Source: a virus
Lineage: Duplodnaviria; Caudoviricetes
IMG/VR virus record: IMGVR_UViG_3300032257_000072
Location: 1-35,220 of that record
Length of the DNA: 35,220 nt
Reading direction: 5' to 3' (one strand)
This document shows, in pieces, positions 1-8,657 of this stretch. Every line of letters begins with the position of its first letter. Position 1 is the stretch's first letter. A program made the translations under genes and the position numbers. The notes under the pieces were generated by a model. It saw only the letters and a program-made list of their open reading frames with translations. It searched no databases and was not told where the DNA came from.

Positions 1-77
1 ATTGGGTCTTTATCTTTTGATGTATATCTTTTCTTAACATTTACTGGGTAATAATGGCCTGTAAATTCCCCACACAT
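1..77. repeat. Terminal direct repeat, copy 1 (circular assembly overlap)
   Basis: 1-77 is identical to 35144-35220. Confidence 0.97.
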
Positions 78-287
78 TTCAGTGACATAAATCCCATACT
101 TCCAGGCTAAAGGCATTAGAAGGTTTAAGTCGTTGTAGTAATCCATACTTGAACACGGATCTCTTTTGCTTACATATTTAACAAAATCACCATCTTTAAA
201 TAATTGCAAAATAGAGTCATTACCGCACTCAATAAACGAATACCCTCCCAGCTCTGCCATTAATTTATTAAACTCTTCAGCTTTCAT
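1..287 (-). CDS. NinX/DUF2591-like phage protein, 110 aa, spans the circular junction (continues 35143-35098)
   Basis: Manual translation MKAEEFNKLMAELGG...DYYNDLNLLMPLAWKYGI...DKDPIQAIRDCLTAIAKDK*; frame stays open across the junction; family call from motif resemblance. Confidence 0.7.
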   Translation of the reverse strand, partial: MKAEEFNKLMAELGGYSFIECGNDSILQLFKDGDFVKYVSKRDPCSSMDYYNDLNLLMPLAWKYGIYVTEMCGEFTGHYYPVNVKKRYTSKDKDP

Positions 288-310
288 TGTTATCTATCCG
301 GTTATTGGGG

Positions 311-406
311 TTAGTCTCTAAAAAACGCATAAATAAGAGCGCCAAACAACATACCAAAGAAAAACCCTATCCATGCCATTAAAACTAATGCGTCTAACTC
401 TTCCAT
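311..406 (-). CDS. Small membrane peptide (31 aa)
   Basis: MEELDALVLMAWIGFFFGMLFGALIYAFFRD; GAGGAG SD upstream; fills a gap in the operon. Confidence 0.6.
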   Translation of the reverse strand: MEELDALVLMAWIGFFFGMLFGALIYAFFRD

Positions 407-431
407 TATTTACTCCTCTGTATTGTTAGGC

Positions 432-746
432 TTAAAACTTAGTGATCGAATTCTTAGCGAATATTTCAGCTAAGACGCAGTAGTCTTCTGCATTGTTTAT
501 TTTCTTATCGTTAATTCTCCAGTTATCACAGTGCTTCAGCGCAAGCTCAAGAGCCTTCATATAAACTCGTTCATACTTACTTGGAATGCCTTTATCTAGT
601 GGGTTAGGCTTTCTGTCTAGCTGTTTCTGTAATGAAAAAATATTTTCTTCAAGAGCTTTAATATGCTTATGGCTTCTTTTTTTACCTGCCGCATAACCCT
701 TTGAATACTCATTTGCCTGCTCTTTATTTGTCATACTCATAATCAT
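432..746 (-). CDS. Hypothetical phage protein (start possibly 740)
   Basis: ORF track; GGTGAGGAG SD; operon orientation. Confidence 0.75.
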   Translation of the reverse strand: MIMSMTNKEQANEYSKGYAAGKKRSHKHIKALEENIFSLQKQLDRKPNPLDKGIPSKYERVYMKALELALKHCDNWRINDKKINNAEDYCVLAEIFAKNSITKF

Positions 747-820
747 CTCCTCACCAATTAATAATGACTACAGGCGAACATATAGCCAGTAAGCCTGCGT
801 AGATTGATAGTTGAATTAAC

Positions 821-1363
821 TCAGGCATAATATAAATTCTCTCTTACAGTTTCAGGATTGCCGCCGAATATAAAAGAATCAATCAAGCCAGTAGCATGGC
901 TTTTAGGAATTCTCATGTAGTAAGCCGCTCCTGTTTTTGTCACTTCACCCGTTCTTATTATTTCTTCAGTTTTAACCATTGCTTTAATAGCGTAACTTGC
1001 GGTTGATTTAGCTACATTTAAACGCTGTACAAGCATTGGAATAGTAAAGGGCTTGTCTAGTGTTGTGATGTAATCAATAACGACTTGTTGAGCAGTTAAA
1101 GAAGCCCCGCCAGCATATAAAAACACGGGGATTTCTTTTAGCCTTATATATACCGCATAAACGCCGCCTTTAGGATTGACTACTTTTCTAACTCTTTTTA
1201 TATAATCCTTTTTGCTTAAAACACTGAAAAGGCTGCCCAGGTCATACACCTTTTTACCTATTCCGTTAGCCACATCAGCGGCCATAAATTCAGTATTAAG
1301 CTCGATAGTATTCATAAACATTCGCGCTTTGTCTGAGGTTCTAACTTCACTTTGATTGCTCAT
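821..1363 (-). CDS. Putative DNA-binding protein with two winged-HTH-like domains
   Basis: FMAADVANGIG...LSKKDYIKRV and FTIPMLVQRLNVAKSTASYAIKAMVK patterns; AAGGTGAG SD. Confidence 0.55.
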   Translation of the reverse strand: MSNQSEVRTSDKARMFMNTIELNTEFMAADVANGIGKKVYDLGSLFSVLSKKDYIKRVRKVVNPKGGVYAVYIRLKEIPVFLYAGGASLTAQQVVIDYITTLDKPFTIPMLVQRLNVAKSTASYAIKAMVKTEEIIRTGEVTKTGAAYYMRIPKSHATGLIDSFIFGGNPETVRENLYYA

Positions 1364-1375
1364 ATCTCACCTTGT

Positions 1376-1408
1376 TAAAAAAGACCCTCTAAAGTTGGAT
1401 AGAGGGCC
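1376..1408 (-). terminator. Intrinsic terminator inside the leftward operon
   Basis: CCCTCTA-8nt-TAGAGGG stem followed by TCTTTTT on the minus strand. Confidence 0.65.
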
Positions 1409-1437
1409 AATGTGCTGGAGTCAGTCAGCATTACTCG

Positions 1438-2484
1438 TTAGTAGCTGATAGCTACGTTTGGTATTAAACGCTTTGCAATTAAAGTCACTGCCTGCTTTGC
1501 GTTTGTTTTATTCATTCCACCAGCTACTAGCGCATCAATTGCAGCGTTGTTTATTGCTGCTTTGTGCTTTCGGTCTTTTTCTCTGGCTTCGGCTTCTTCT
1601 AGTTCACGCTTCCTTTGTGACTCAAGATCACGTAAAAGCTGTTGCTCTTTTTCTTTTGTTTCACGTTCTGCTAGTTCGGCTCTTTCTTTTAATTCAATTT
1701 CACGTTGCGCAGCTGCTTCTAGCTCTTGTTTTATTTTCAATTCAGCGGCCTTAGTCGCTCTTTCTTCTGCTTCCTTTGCTATCTGCTCGTCACGTTCTTT
1801 TTGTTTCTGTGCGGCTTCCTGTGCGTCGATTACAGCCTGTTTAGCGTCAAGTTCCGCTTGTTTCTCGTCCATGATTCTTTGTTGTTCAGCTTGTTGGGCT
1901 TGCTGGGTTTCAAATGCTTCGCGCTCTGCATGAGTTTTTGTTAATAATTCGTGAGTTGATTTGAACGCAATTTCAGCAGGTTCTAAAAACTCCTGATAAT
2001 TGGCTTCATTAATTTCAAGGTCTTCCAGTTTATCTAATCGCTCTCGAATATAACTGGCTTTTACTCCGAGCAATCCATCAGAAAAAGATTTTATATTAAA
2101 AATTTTTGACTCAATACCGGATATACGCGCCTGTTCTTTTTCAATGGCTTCCTGCTTTTCCCGTTCTTCTTTATCATCCTGAAGCTTTTTAGCTTCTTTG
2201 TATGGGTCTTCAAGGGCTGTAATTTCAGAGGTGATTCGCTTTGCTTCAGCATCTACTTTCTTTCCCCATGCTAAAGACTCAGCTTTCAGCTTTACTCGCT
2301 TTTTCTCAATTCCGATACGCAAGGGGCTGATTTCTTTAAGTCCGGCCTTGATAAGCTCATAACCTTCTTTTGTTGAAGCGTCCGGTACTTCCTCAAACTT
2401 TTCTTTAAGCTGTGCGAGCGCCGCATCTGTTACGCCATACTCAACAACCTGATTAACTTCTTTTTCTTGTAACTGTGCATTCAT
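1438..2484 (-). CDS. Long coiled-coil phage protein linked to the recombination module
   Basis: E/K/Q/A-rich 348 aa; directly downstream of the exonuclease. Confidence 0.75.
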   Translation of the reverse strand: MNAQLQEKEVNQVVEYGVTDAALAQLKEKFEEVPDASTKEGYELIKAGLKEISPLRIGIEKKRVKLKAESLAWGKKVDAEAKRITSEITALEDPYKEAKKLQDDKEEREKQEAIEKEQARISGIESKIFNIKSFSDGLLGVKASYIRERLDKLEDLEINEANYQEFLEPAEIAFKSTHELLTKTHAEREAFETQQAQQAEQQRIMDEKQAELDAKQAVIDAQEAAQKQKERDEQIAKEAEERATKAAELKIKQELEAAAQREIELKERAELAERETKEKEQQLLRDLESQRKRELEEAEAREKDRKHKAAINNAAIDALVAGGMNKTNAKQAVTLIAKRLIPNVAISY

Positions 2485-2486
2485 TG

Positions 2487-3104
2487 TTAAAATTCCTTTA
2501 ATATTTCAAGTACGCGATTCCGCTCAATATCTACAGCGGTTAGCTGAGGTTTTAACCCTGCGACTATTTTTGCATCTGGATAATTGCGAATCGTGATGCT
2601 TGGTAGGTCAGGGTGATAAAGGCAAAGGTCACACCATTCACGCTCAGCGATTAGCATTTGCATTTGTATCTGGGCTATATAATCTGTCGGGGCTTTGTTG
2701 TTCTTTTTAAAATAAAGCAAAGCCTGGGTATGTTTCTTAGAAGACAAGCATTTGATTTCTATCAACCCATCATCACCAACAACACCATCAGGAGAAGCCG
2801 CCCACCTCATTAAATCGTCGGTAATAATTCCGGTTTCAATAATTTCAACCTGATTAGTCATTTCATAATTTGATCTAGCTTCAGGCTCTAATTCAGTACC
2901 GCGCTCCGTGTGAACGTTTCCAGCGAATGAGTCGGTAGACTTACCAGCAAACATGTCATTAGCCAGCTCTACAGCGTACTCAGACATTGATTTGCTGGCT
3001 GCACCTGTAGAGGTGATAAGCTTCTTTGCATTTGATGCAGAGGGCTTGCCATTTCTAACAGCCCACCATTCATCACTGTACTGTTCCATATTGTGAATAA
3101 TCAT
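2487..3104 (-). CDS. YqaJ/lambda-exonuclease-family alkaline exonuclease
   Basis: EQYSDEWWAVRNG, RGTELEPEAR, ASPDG, IEIKC and YIAQIQMQM motifs. Confidence 0.92.
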   Translation of the reverse strand: MIIHNMEQYSDEWWAVRNGKPSASNAKKLITSTGAASKSMSEYAVELANDMFAGKSTDSFAGNVHTERGTELEPEARSNYEMTNQVEIIETGIITDDLMRWAASPDGVVGDDGLIEIKCLSSKKHTQALLYFKKNNKAPTDYIAQIQMQMLIAEREWCDLCLYHPDLPSITIRNYPDAKIVAGLKPQLTAVDIERNRVLEILKEF

Positions 3105-3871
3105 TATTTACCCTTTTTATTTGCAATAGTTTCGTTGATTTTCTTCACTACTTTTTCATAGTGCTGAGCCGGTAAATCTTCAATTGATTCGACGTTAAAA
3201 GCTTTAGTAAACCAGCCCATGAATAGCTTCATATTCAAGCCGTTATCGGTTATTTTTGAATGCAAGGTATTTGATTGCTCTTCTGTGATTAGCTCGACTG
3301 TACGGCTTGAGCTGTTTCCATCGTCGTTAATATTCCCATCTACAGAGGCAACACCCATAACCGCCTCGAATGTTTCAAGCTTTAGGTATGTTCTGGTTGA
3401 TTTATGGCCCTGCAAAACATTCTTAGCTCCTGACTTGTCCACTTCACCATATAGGGTTACGGATTCTTCATGCCCTAACTTATGCGCTAAAATACAAGTA
3501 ACAGTGATTAGATTGTTTTCTGGTTTTGGAAAATCCCATCTTGCATTAAGTCCGTGTTTTCCCGCCTCTTCATTGACAGTGTTAACCATGTTTCCAATAG
3601 ATACATAATTAGAGCCATACTGTTTATTAAGCATGTCTTTAACGATCTTAGGAGGATTCTTTTTAAATTCGGCTAAAGCCAGGTGAAAGGCTTTTCTTGC
3701 TTCATTCGCTTCATATTCTTTCTGAAGTGCAAGCATTTCTTTCATGTCTGAAATCTCAAGACCTGCGGCTTTTGCTTGCTGCATAATCTGAACAGGCGAC
3801 AACTGAATCACGCCAGGCTCTTGAATAGTTAAATTATTATCTTCTTTTGTTACTAGGTTTTGTGCTTCCAT
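3104..3871 (-). CDS. ERF-family single-strand annealing recombinase
   Basis: PKIVKD..N.QYGSNY and GHKSTRTYLK...GVAS..DDGN motifs; coupled to the exonuclease. Confidence 0.8.
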   Translation of the reverse strand: MEAQNLVTKEDNNLTIQEPGVIQLSPVQIMQQAKAAGLEISDMKEMLALQKEYEANEARKAFHLALAEFKKNPPKIVKDMLNKQYGSNYVSIGNMVNTVNEEAGKHGLNARWDFPKPENNLITVTCILAHKLGHEESVTLYGEVDKSGAKNVLQGHKSTRTYLKLETFEAVMGVASVDGNINDDGNSSSRTVELITEEQSNTLHSKITDNGLNMKLFMGWFTKAFNVESIEDLPAQHYEKVVKKINETIANKKGK

Positions 3872-3885
3872 CTTCTCTACTCCAA

Positions 3886-4041
3886 TTAAATTTGCGGATT
3901 TTTCTCAAACAAAAACTTAAACAAGCTTTTGCGTGGCTTACGTGTTGCCATTGGTTTAGTTACTCCGGCCATAAAGCAGCCTAAAAGGTAAACAAACAGC
4001 AGGGAAGCGAAGGGTAAAATAGTTAGTAGTGCGTCTTTCAT
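3886..4041 (-). CDS. Small membrane protein (51 aa)
   Basis: Manual translation MKDALLTILPFASLLFVYLLGCFMAGVTKPMATRKPRK...; fills the gap between neighbours. Confidence 0.6.
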   Translation of the reverse strand: MKDALLTILPFASLLFVYLLGCFMAGVTKPMATRKPRKSLFKFLFEKNPQI

Positions 4042-4044
4042 TTC

Positions 4045-4377
4045 CTACCCCTTCCGATTAAGCGAGATATAAGAAGCAAGGCCGGCGTTATGAATCTTTT
4101 TAAATAATCGGCCAATTTCTAATTCATCGTTTGAGTTAATCGTCATTTTCATAAGCTGATAAAATTCCGTTTCGTTTTCATCCATCACAAAATCAGTCAT
4201 TAGCGACCATAATTCATTAGTGCTAGAACAAAGCTTGTCTATAACTTTTTGATCTGCATCAACTGTGTATTTTGTTTCGTCCTGATAATCGCTTTTGATT
4301 TGGTCGCGGTACAACTCAGGATATAAGCTGATTTCCTGTAGATTTTTCTTAATGTCTACGCTGTTGAATATGTCCAT
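4045..4377 (-). CDS. Hypothetical protein, first gene after PL
   Basis: ORF track; GGGAG SD; immediately downstream of the predicted PL. Confidence 0.75.
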   Translation of the reverse strand: MDIFNSVDIKKNLQEISLYPELYRDQIKSDYQDETKYTVDADQKVIDKLCSSTNELWSLMTDFVMDENETEFYQLMKMTINSNDELEIGRLFKKIHNAGLASYISLNRKG

Positions 4378-4414
4378 TTTCTGACTCCCGTGTTTTTGTG
4401 TTTTGCTTTAACTT

Positions 4415-4464
4415 GAGTACAAGTGTACTTGCTGTATGCGAAAGAGTCAAGCACGATTGTACTT
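4415..4464 (-). promoter_or_regulatory. PL promoter with two operators (OL)
   Basis: Minus-strand TTGACT (4450-4445), 17 bp, TACACT (4427-4422); palindromes GAGTAC-aagt-GTACTT (4415-4430) and AAGCAC-gatt-GTACTT (4449-4464). Confidence 0.85.
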
Positions 4465-4533
4465 AAAAGTTGAAATAATTTAAGGCGTGGATATAAATTC
4501 AGATAAGAATCATATATTTAAGAAGAGGAAAAT

Positions 4534-4881
4534 TTATTTATTTCGAGCGTGTTTTTCATCATCTGCATACGGCGCTGATGCTTGAGCAACGCCTCTAAAT
4601 ATGTGCTTTGCTGATTCCGATGAATTTCTATAGCTTTCCAAGAGACTTTGTTCTTCTGAGTCCATGTTAGGCGTTATAATCAACCATGTAGGGATATTAA
4701 AGCCATGAGCTAGTCGCTCTATTATATCTATAGTTGCGCTAGTGCTTTCATTTAGTATCTTGTTTATGCCTTTCTGAGATACACCCGTTTTCTTTGCGGC
4801 TTGAGCCTCGGACAATTCTTCTTTGTCCATTAAGTGTCTCAGATTGGCGGCTAGTGCTGTTTTTGATGGCATTTCTTTCAT
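4534..4881 (-). CDS. cI: Phage repressor (XRE HTH, CI-like), no S24 peptidase domain
   Basis: LAANLRHLM...LSEAQAAKKTGVSQKGINKIL...IIERLAHGFNI; divergent from cro and flanked by operators; ATG 4881 preferred over the ORF-track start. Confidence 0.8.
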   Translation of the reverse strand: MKEMPSKTALAANLRHLMDKEELSEAQAAKKTGVSQKGINKILNESTSATIDIIERLAHGFNIPTWLIITPNMDSEEQSLLESYRNSSESAKHIFRGVAQASAPYADDEKHARNK

Positions 4882-4888
4882 ACCTCTA

Positions 4889-4955
4889 ACTATAAATAAT
4901 AAATTAAGTACACGAGTGCTTGACACTTGAGCCTATTCTAAGTACAGTTGTACTC
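4889..4955. promoter_or_regulatory. PR/PRM divergent promoters with two operators (OR)
   Basis: TTGACA (4920-25), 17 bp, TACAGT (4943-48); minus-strand TATAGT (4894-4889); AAGTAC-acga-GTGCTT (4906-21) and AAGTAC-agtt-GTACTC (4940-55). Confidence 0.85.
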
Positions 4956-5159
4956 ATGAATACATTAAACATTACAAAAGACGATCTTCTTACCGTAACT
5001 CACGGCCTTTTAGTTAATGACAGCAGGTCGCTTTCTGTTATCGCTGACGAATCAGGCTTGAACTATCACTGGCTTGGAAAATTCAAGCAAGAGAAGTACG
5101 AAGACCCAGGCGTTAAGAAAATTCAAAAACTTTATTCGTTCTTGATTCTTAGTGCATAA
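4956..5159 (+). CDS. cro: Cro-like HTH regulator (67 aa)
   Basis: SLSVIADESGLNYHWLGKFK...DPGVKKIQKLY; first gene after PR. Confidence 0.75.
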   Translation: MNTLNITKDDLLTVTHGLLVNDSRSLSVIADESGLNYHWLGKFKQEKYEDPGVKKIQKLYSFLILSA

Positions 5160-5161
5160 CC

Positions 5162-5198
5162 AAAACCATCCGTTAGTTAAAAGCTTACGGATTTTATT
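5162..5198 (+). terminator. Possible tR1-like hairpin/terminator
   Basis: ATCCGT...ACGGAT stem followed by TTTATTT, just after cro. Confidence 0.4.
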
Positions 5199-5247
5199 TA
5201 ACAGGGGTTAGTCAACTGAAATCAACCTCTGGCAAGGAGTCGCAAAC

Positions 5248-5607
5248 ATGCAACAAGAAATGCCTATTTTTCAAGATGTTAAGCAGGTTATGACTTATGC
5301 ACCAATGGAGCTAGTTAAGACCTGTAGACACCGCTTAGATGCTATTCGTTTGTGCATCCAATTAAGCAGGTTATCTGATGAAACGATACGTGATGAATTG
5401 AAAATTGATAAGGGTCACTTCTCAAGAATGATGAAAGGCTCTGCCAATTTTCAGGACGCTAAAGCGAATCAATTAATGCAGGTATGCGGTAACTATGCCC
5501 CGCTTCAATACGAGGCGTGGTCAATGGGATTTGAGCTTGTAGAACGTGCAAAAGACAAACGCATTACAGAGCTTGAGCAAGAATTAGCAGAATTAAAGGC
5601 GGGTTAA
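5248..5607 (+). CDS. CII-like transcriptional regulator
   Basis: HTH-like IRDELKIDKGHFSRMMKG plus C-terminal coiled coil; lies between cro and the replication genes; AAGGAG SD. Confidence 0.65.
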   Translation: MQQEMPIFQDVKQVMTYAPMELVKTCRHRLDAIRLCIQLSRLSDETIRDELKIDKGHFSRMMKGSANFQDAKANQLMQVCGNYAPLQYEAWSMGFELVERAKDKRITELEQELAELKAG

Positions 5608-5609
5608 AA

Positions 5610-5798
5610 ATGAAATTATCAGACAAAAAACGCGAGCATTTAATAAATTTTTTAATGGATGCAGCAGAAGACGAAGACCTGAAAGACCATAGAAAACAAT
5701 TTAATGAAACCGCAACAATTTTAATCAACGGACGATCAATTGAGCAAGTTAACAAAATGGAAATGAAGCAATTCGGGCGGGCAATGGGACAACAGTAA
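5610..5798 (+). CDS. Hypothetical protein
   Basis: ORF track; TAATG-coupled to the initiator gene. Confidence 0.7.
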   Translation: MKLSDKKREHLINFLMDAAEDEDLKDHRKQFNETATILINGRSIEQVNKMEMKQFGRAMGQQ

Positions 5799-6538
5799 TG
5801 GCCGGTGACTGGATAAAATTCGAGACTTCAACATCAGACAAGCCAGAGGTTTTTATTATGGCTGCAAGCCTTGAAATCGACCCTGATGCTGTAGTCGGTA
5901 AGTTGTTGAGAGTCTGGAAATGGTTCGATGAACACACAGAAAAAGGTAACGCTCCAAGCGTTAGCAAAATGTTACTAGATCGAGTTACCGGCGTTAATAA
6001 ATTCTGTGATGCAATGATCGGGGCTAATTGGATGAACGAAGAAAACGGACAAATATCACTACCAAACTTCGATAGACATAATGGACAAACCGCTAAGACC
6101 CGCTGTCTGACTGCAAAAAGGGTAGCAAAAAGCAAATTAAATAGTAACGCCAAAAGTAACGCTCCAAGCGTTAGCGACCCGTTACCTAAAGAAGAGAAGA
6201 GAAGAAGTAAAGATAGTCCGAGAAAAAAATTCTCGGAGGATGATTTTTTGATGGCTGAATTTATCTATGAAAAAGTTTTGAAGGTGGCTGATAAAACCAA
6301 AAAACCAAACTTAGAAAAATGGGCAGATACAGTTCGACTTATGCGAGAACAAGACAATTTAAAACACAGCGAGATTAAAGCCGTTTTCTTGTGGGCTAAT
6401 TCAGATGGTTTCTGGGCGACTAATATTTTAAGCCCAACAAAACTACGAGAGCAGTTTTCACAAATATCAGCAAAATCCAAGCCGGTGCTTAAAAGTGTTC
6501 CGCAAGGTATGCAATTAGCGGGAGACGAAACATGGTAG
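5798..6538 (+). CDS. Phage replication initiator (O-like)
   Basis: MAGDWIK N-terminus; C-terminal WADTVRLMREQD...FWATNILSPTKLREQF; internal repeats; upstream of DnaB. Confidence 0.85.
   Translation: MAGDWIKFETSTSDKPEVFIMAASLEIDPDAVVGKLLRVWKWFDEHTEKGNAPSVSKMLLDRVTGVNKFCDAMIGANWMNEENGQISLPNFDRHNGQTAKTRCLTAKRVAKSKLNSNAKSNAPSVSDPLPKEEKRRSKDSPRKKFSEDDFLMAEFIYEKVLKVADKTKKPNLEKWADTVRLMREQDNLKHSEIKAVFLWANSDGFWATNILSPTKLREQFSQISAKSKPVLKSVPQGMQLAGDETW
5946..6186. repeat. Putative origin iterons within the initiator gene
   Basis: GTAACGCTCCAAGCGTTAGC at 5946-5965 and 6156-6175, plus extra GTAAC/GTTAC half-sites. Confidence 0.65.
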
Positions 6539-7830
6539 CCGAAGTTTTTAAATTACCGCCCATTCCAGAAAATCGTGATGCAGAGCAAAGCGTTTTAGGC
6601 GGGTTAATGCTTGACCCTGATTCGTGGGGTAAGTTGCAAGGAAAGATTGAAGAGAATGATTTTTTCTATTCAGATCATCGTGAAATATATCAAAGCATGA
6701 CAAAAAACATAGCGGAAGAAAAGCCGTTAGACCCTGTAACTATCGCTGACAAGATGGGCGGCGATCTTTTCACATACGTGCTTGAGTTAGCGAACAACGT
6801 TCCATCGGCTGCAAATATCGAAGCCTATGCGGATATTGTCAAAACAATGTCCCAAAAAAGGCGGCTGTGTGGGATTTTTGCTGATGGCCGGCAATTAATT
6901 AACGATGGAATGCAGCCTCAAGATGTAATTTTAAAAATAATGGAAGAGGTCGAAGGTGTTGCTCATGAGCGCATGGGTACGTCGAAAGATTTTAGACAGA
7001 TTTTATCCGCTGGCCTAGATGCAGTTGAGGAAGCTAGAAAGCTAAGAAAAACCGGAGCGGTTACAGGTGTGCCCACTGGAATCCCTATGCTCGACCAAAT
7101 GTTAAGCGGGTTAAGGAAAAGTAAATTAGTCATTGTGGCAGCAAGACCAAGTGTAGGAAAAACAGCTTTAGCAAATCAAATAGGCTTACACGGCGCAAAG
7201 ACAGGGCATAACGTAGGCATCCTATCTCTCGAAATGTCAGACGAAGAACTAGCGCACAGGGCTTTCGCCCATGAGTACCAAATAAACGGCACAGCGTTAA
7301 GTTATGGCGACGATAGGACTGTTAGCGAATTAATGGGAAAAGTTGCTGCAAGGAATATTAAGAATTACCCCGTTTTTGTTGATACCGATACATACACCCT
7401 AAGCGGTTGCGTAGCCAGGGCGAATGAATGGCATAGAAAACATAAATTAGACTTGTTGATTGTTGACCATATCGGGTTAGTTGAAGTTGAAGCAGCTAAC
7501 AGAAATGAAGGCGTAGGCGCTGTAACTCGCACACTTAAAAAATTATCTAAAAAATTAGACATTCCCATAATCGCGGTTAGTCAGTTGAACCGTGAATCAG
7601 AAAAATTAAAACGCAAGCCTCTTTTATCCGACTTACGAGACTCTGGAAATATTGAGCAAGACTGCGATATAGCTATTTTTTTGCATACAGACGAAGCGAA
7701 TCAAGGCAAAGAAACATTACCCATTGAAATAGGCATTTTAAAGCACAGGGGAGGCCGTAAAGGCTGGCTTCCTCCGGTATTCAGTTTTGTTGGTTCTACG
7801 CAAACTATACGGGAGCTAGCGAATGCTTAG
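6532..7830 (+). CDS. dnaB: Replicative DNA helicase, DnaB family
   Basis: AEQSVLGGLM, Walker A AARPSVGKT, SLEMS, SQLNR and DLRDSGNIEQD motifs. Confidence 0.96.
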   Translation: MVAEVFKLPPIPENRDAEQSVLGGLMLDPDSWGKLQGKIEENDFFYSDHREIYQSMTKNIAEEKPLDPVTIADKMGGDLFTYVLELANNVPSAANIEAYADIVKTMSQKRRLCGIFADGRQLINDGMQPQDVILKIMEEVEGVAHERMGTSKDFRQILSAGLDAVEEARKLRKTGAVTGVPTGIPMLDQMLSGLRKSKLVIVAARPSVGKTALANQIGLHGAKTGHNVGILSLEMSDEELAHRAFAHEYQINGTALSYGDDRTVSELMGKVAARNIKNYPVFVDTDTYTLSGCVARANEWHRKHKLDLLIVDHIGLVEVEAANRNEGVGAVTRTLKKLSKKLDIPIIAVSQLNRESEKLKRKPLLSDLRDSGNIEQDCDIAIFLHTDEANQGKETLPIEIGILKHRGGRKGWLPPVFSFVGSTQTIRELANA

Positions 7831-8026
7831 AAATATATTAAACGACGAGTACAAAGAAATTCACAAAGCAGAACAGAAGCAGCGTGAAATCGCCTTAGAA
7901 AAAAAGAAAGAAGAAAACCGAAAAAGAATGCCTGTTACAGCTTCAATAGTAGACGATTTTAAAAAGCTGTTTGGTGATGTGAGAGTTTTAAAAACTAACG
8001 AGAATCAACTGGAGTCAGTTAAATGA
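7823..8026 (+). CDS. Hypothetical protein
   Basis: ORF track; overlaps both neighbours in coupled fashion. Confidence 0.7.
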   Translation: MLRNILNDEYKEIHKAEQKQREIALEKKKEENRKRMPVTASIVDDFKKLFGDVRVLKTNENQLESVK

Positions 8027-8295
8027 TTAAAACCACGAGCAGAAACGCACTAGCAGCTTTGGAAGAGTCAGGCATGGCAGGAACGCAAAGAGCCTTAATT
8101 TTAAAGCACATGGTTAAGCGTAACAAAAAAAGCGGCTACACCCGCGCAGAGTTAGAGCATTACTTAAATATGCGTATTAGCTCTGTATGCGGAAGGGTTA
8201 GAGAGCTTTTAGATAAAAAGTTAATACGGGTTGATGGGGAGAAAGTCTGCCCTATAACAGCGAAGTATGTCGAAGCATTAAAAATTGTAATTTAG
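8023..8295 (+). CDS. Winged-HTH phage protein
   Basis: GYTRAELEHYLNMRISSVCGRVRELLDKKLI. Confidence 0.7.
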   Translation: MIKTTSRNALAALEESGMAGTQRALILKHMVKRNKKSGYTRAELEHYLNMRISSVCGRVRELLDKKLIRVDGEKVCPITAKYVEALKIVI

Positions 8296-8306
8296 GGGGT
8301 AGAGAA

Positions 8307-8510
8307 ATGAATAAAAAAGAAACTATAGAAATTATGCAAGTTGATAACGGTTATTTAGTTAAGCCTGTAGTCGGTCGTGATCGTGATATGTGTATAGATG
8401 GAAGCTCGTTCACTGTTTTTCAATCATTGGAAGAGTTAAAGAATTTTTTAGATAGTCATTTTTCATTTAGGCGAATGAGTATCTTACCTGATTTTACAGA
8501 TGAAAAATAA
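8307..8510 (+). CDS. Hypothetical protein
   Basis: ORF track; GGGGGT SD. Confidence 0.7.
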   Translation: MNKKETIEIMQVDNGYLVKPVVGRDRDMCIDGSSFTVFQSLEELKNFLDSHFSFRRMSILPDFTDEK

Positions 8511-8657
8511 TTGTCTGAATACAAAACAAAACCAGTAAAAGGCGGGTATGTGATCGAAAGGCCGGACGGTTCCAAAGTTGACAATCACATATTTAAATTT
8601 GAGTGGCAGGCCGAAAGGCGGTTAGAAATAATTAAGGCTATGGGGTATTGCAAATAA
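8511..8657 (+). CDS. Hypothetical protein (48 aa, TTG start)
   Basis: Manual translation MSEYKTKPVKGGYVIERPDG...; exactly fills the gap and is TAATG-coupled to the next gene. Confidence 0.55.
   Translation: MSEYKTKPVKGGYVIERPDGSKVDNHIFKFEWQAERRLEIIKAMGYCK

Noticed and set aside
1-77. Terminal repeat as a biological DTR
   Set aside because: 77 bp is a common assembler k-mer length and the repeat falls in the middle of a gene; best read as circular overlap.
1458-1944. Three plus-strand ORFs with hydrophobic or Ser/Cys-rich products
   Set aside because: Antisense shadows of the E/K/Q/A-rich coiled-coil gene; no SD or operon context.
4432-4447. LexA box in the PL spacer (CTGTATGCG...)
   Set aside because: The right half-site ACAG is missing.
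8374-8390. GTCGTGAT as a further copy of the late hairpin (similar partial matches near 16050 and 20670)
   Set aside because: No closing GAC stem, and all lie inside coding sequence.
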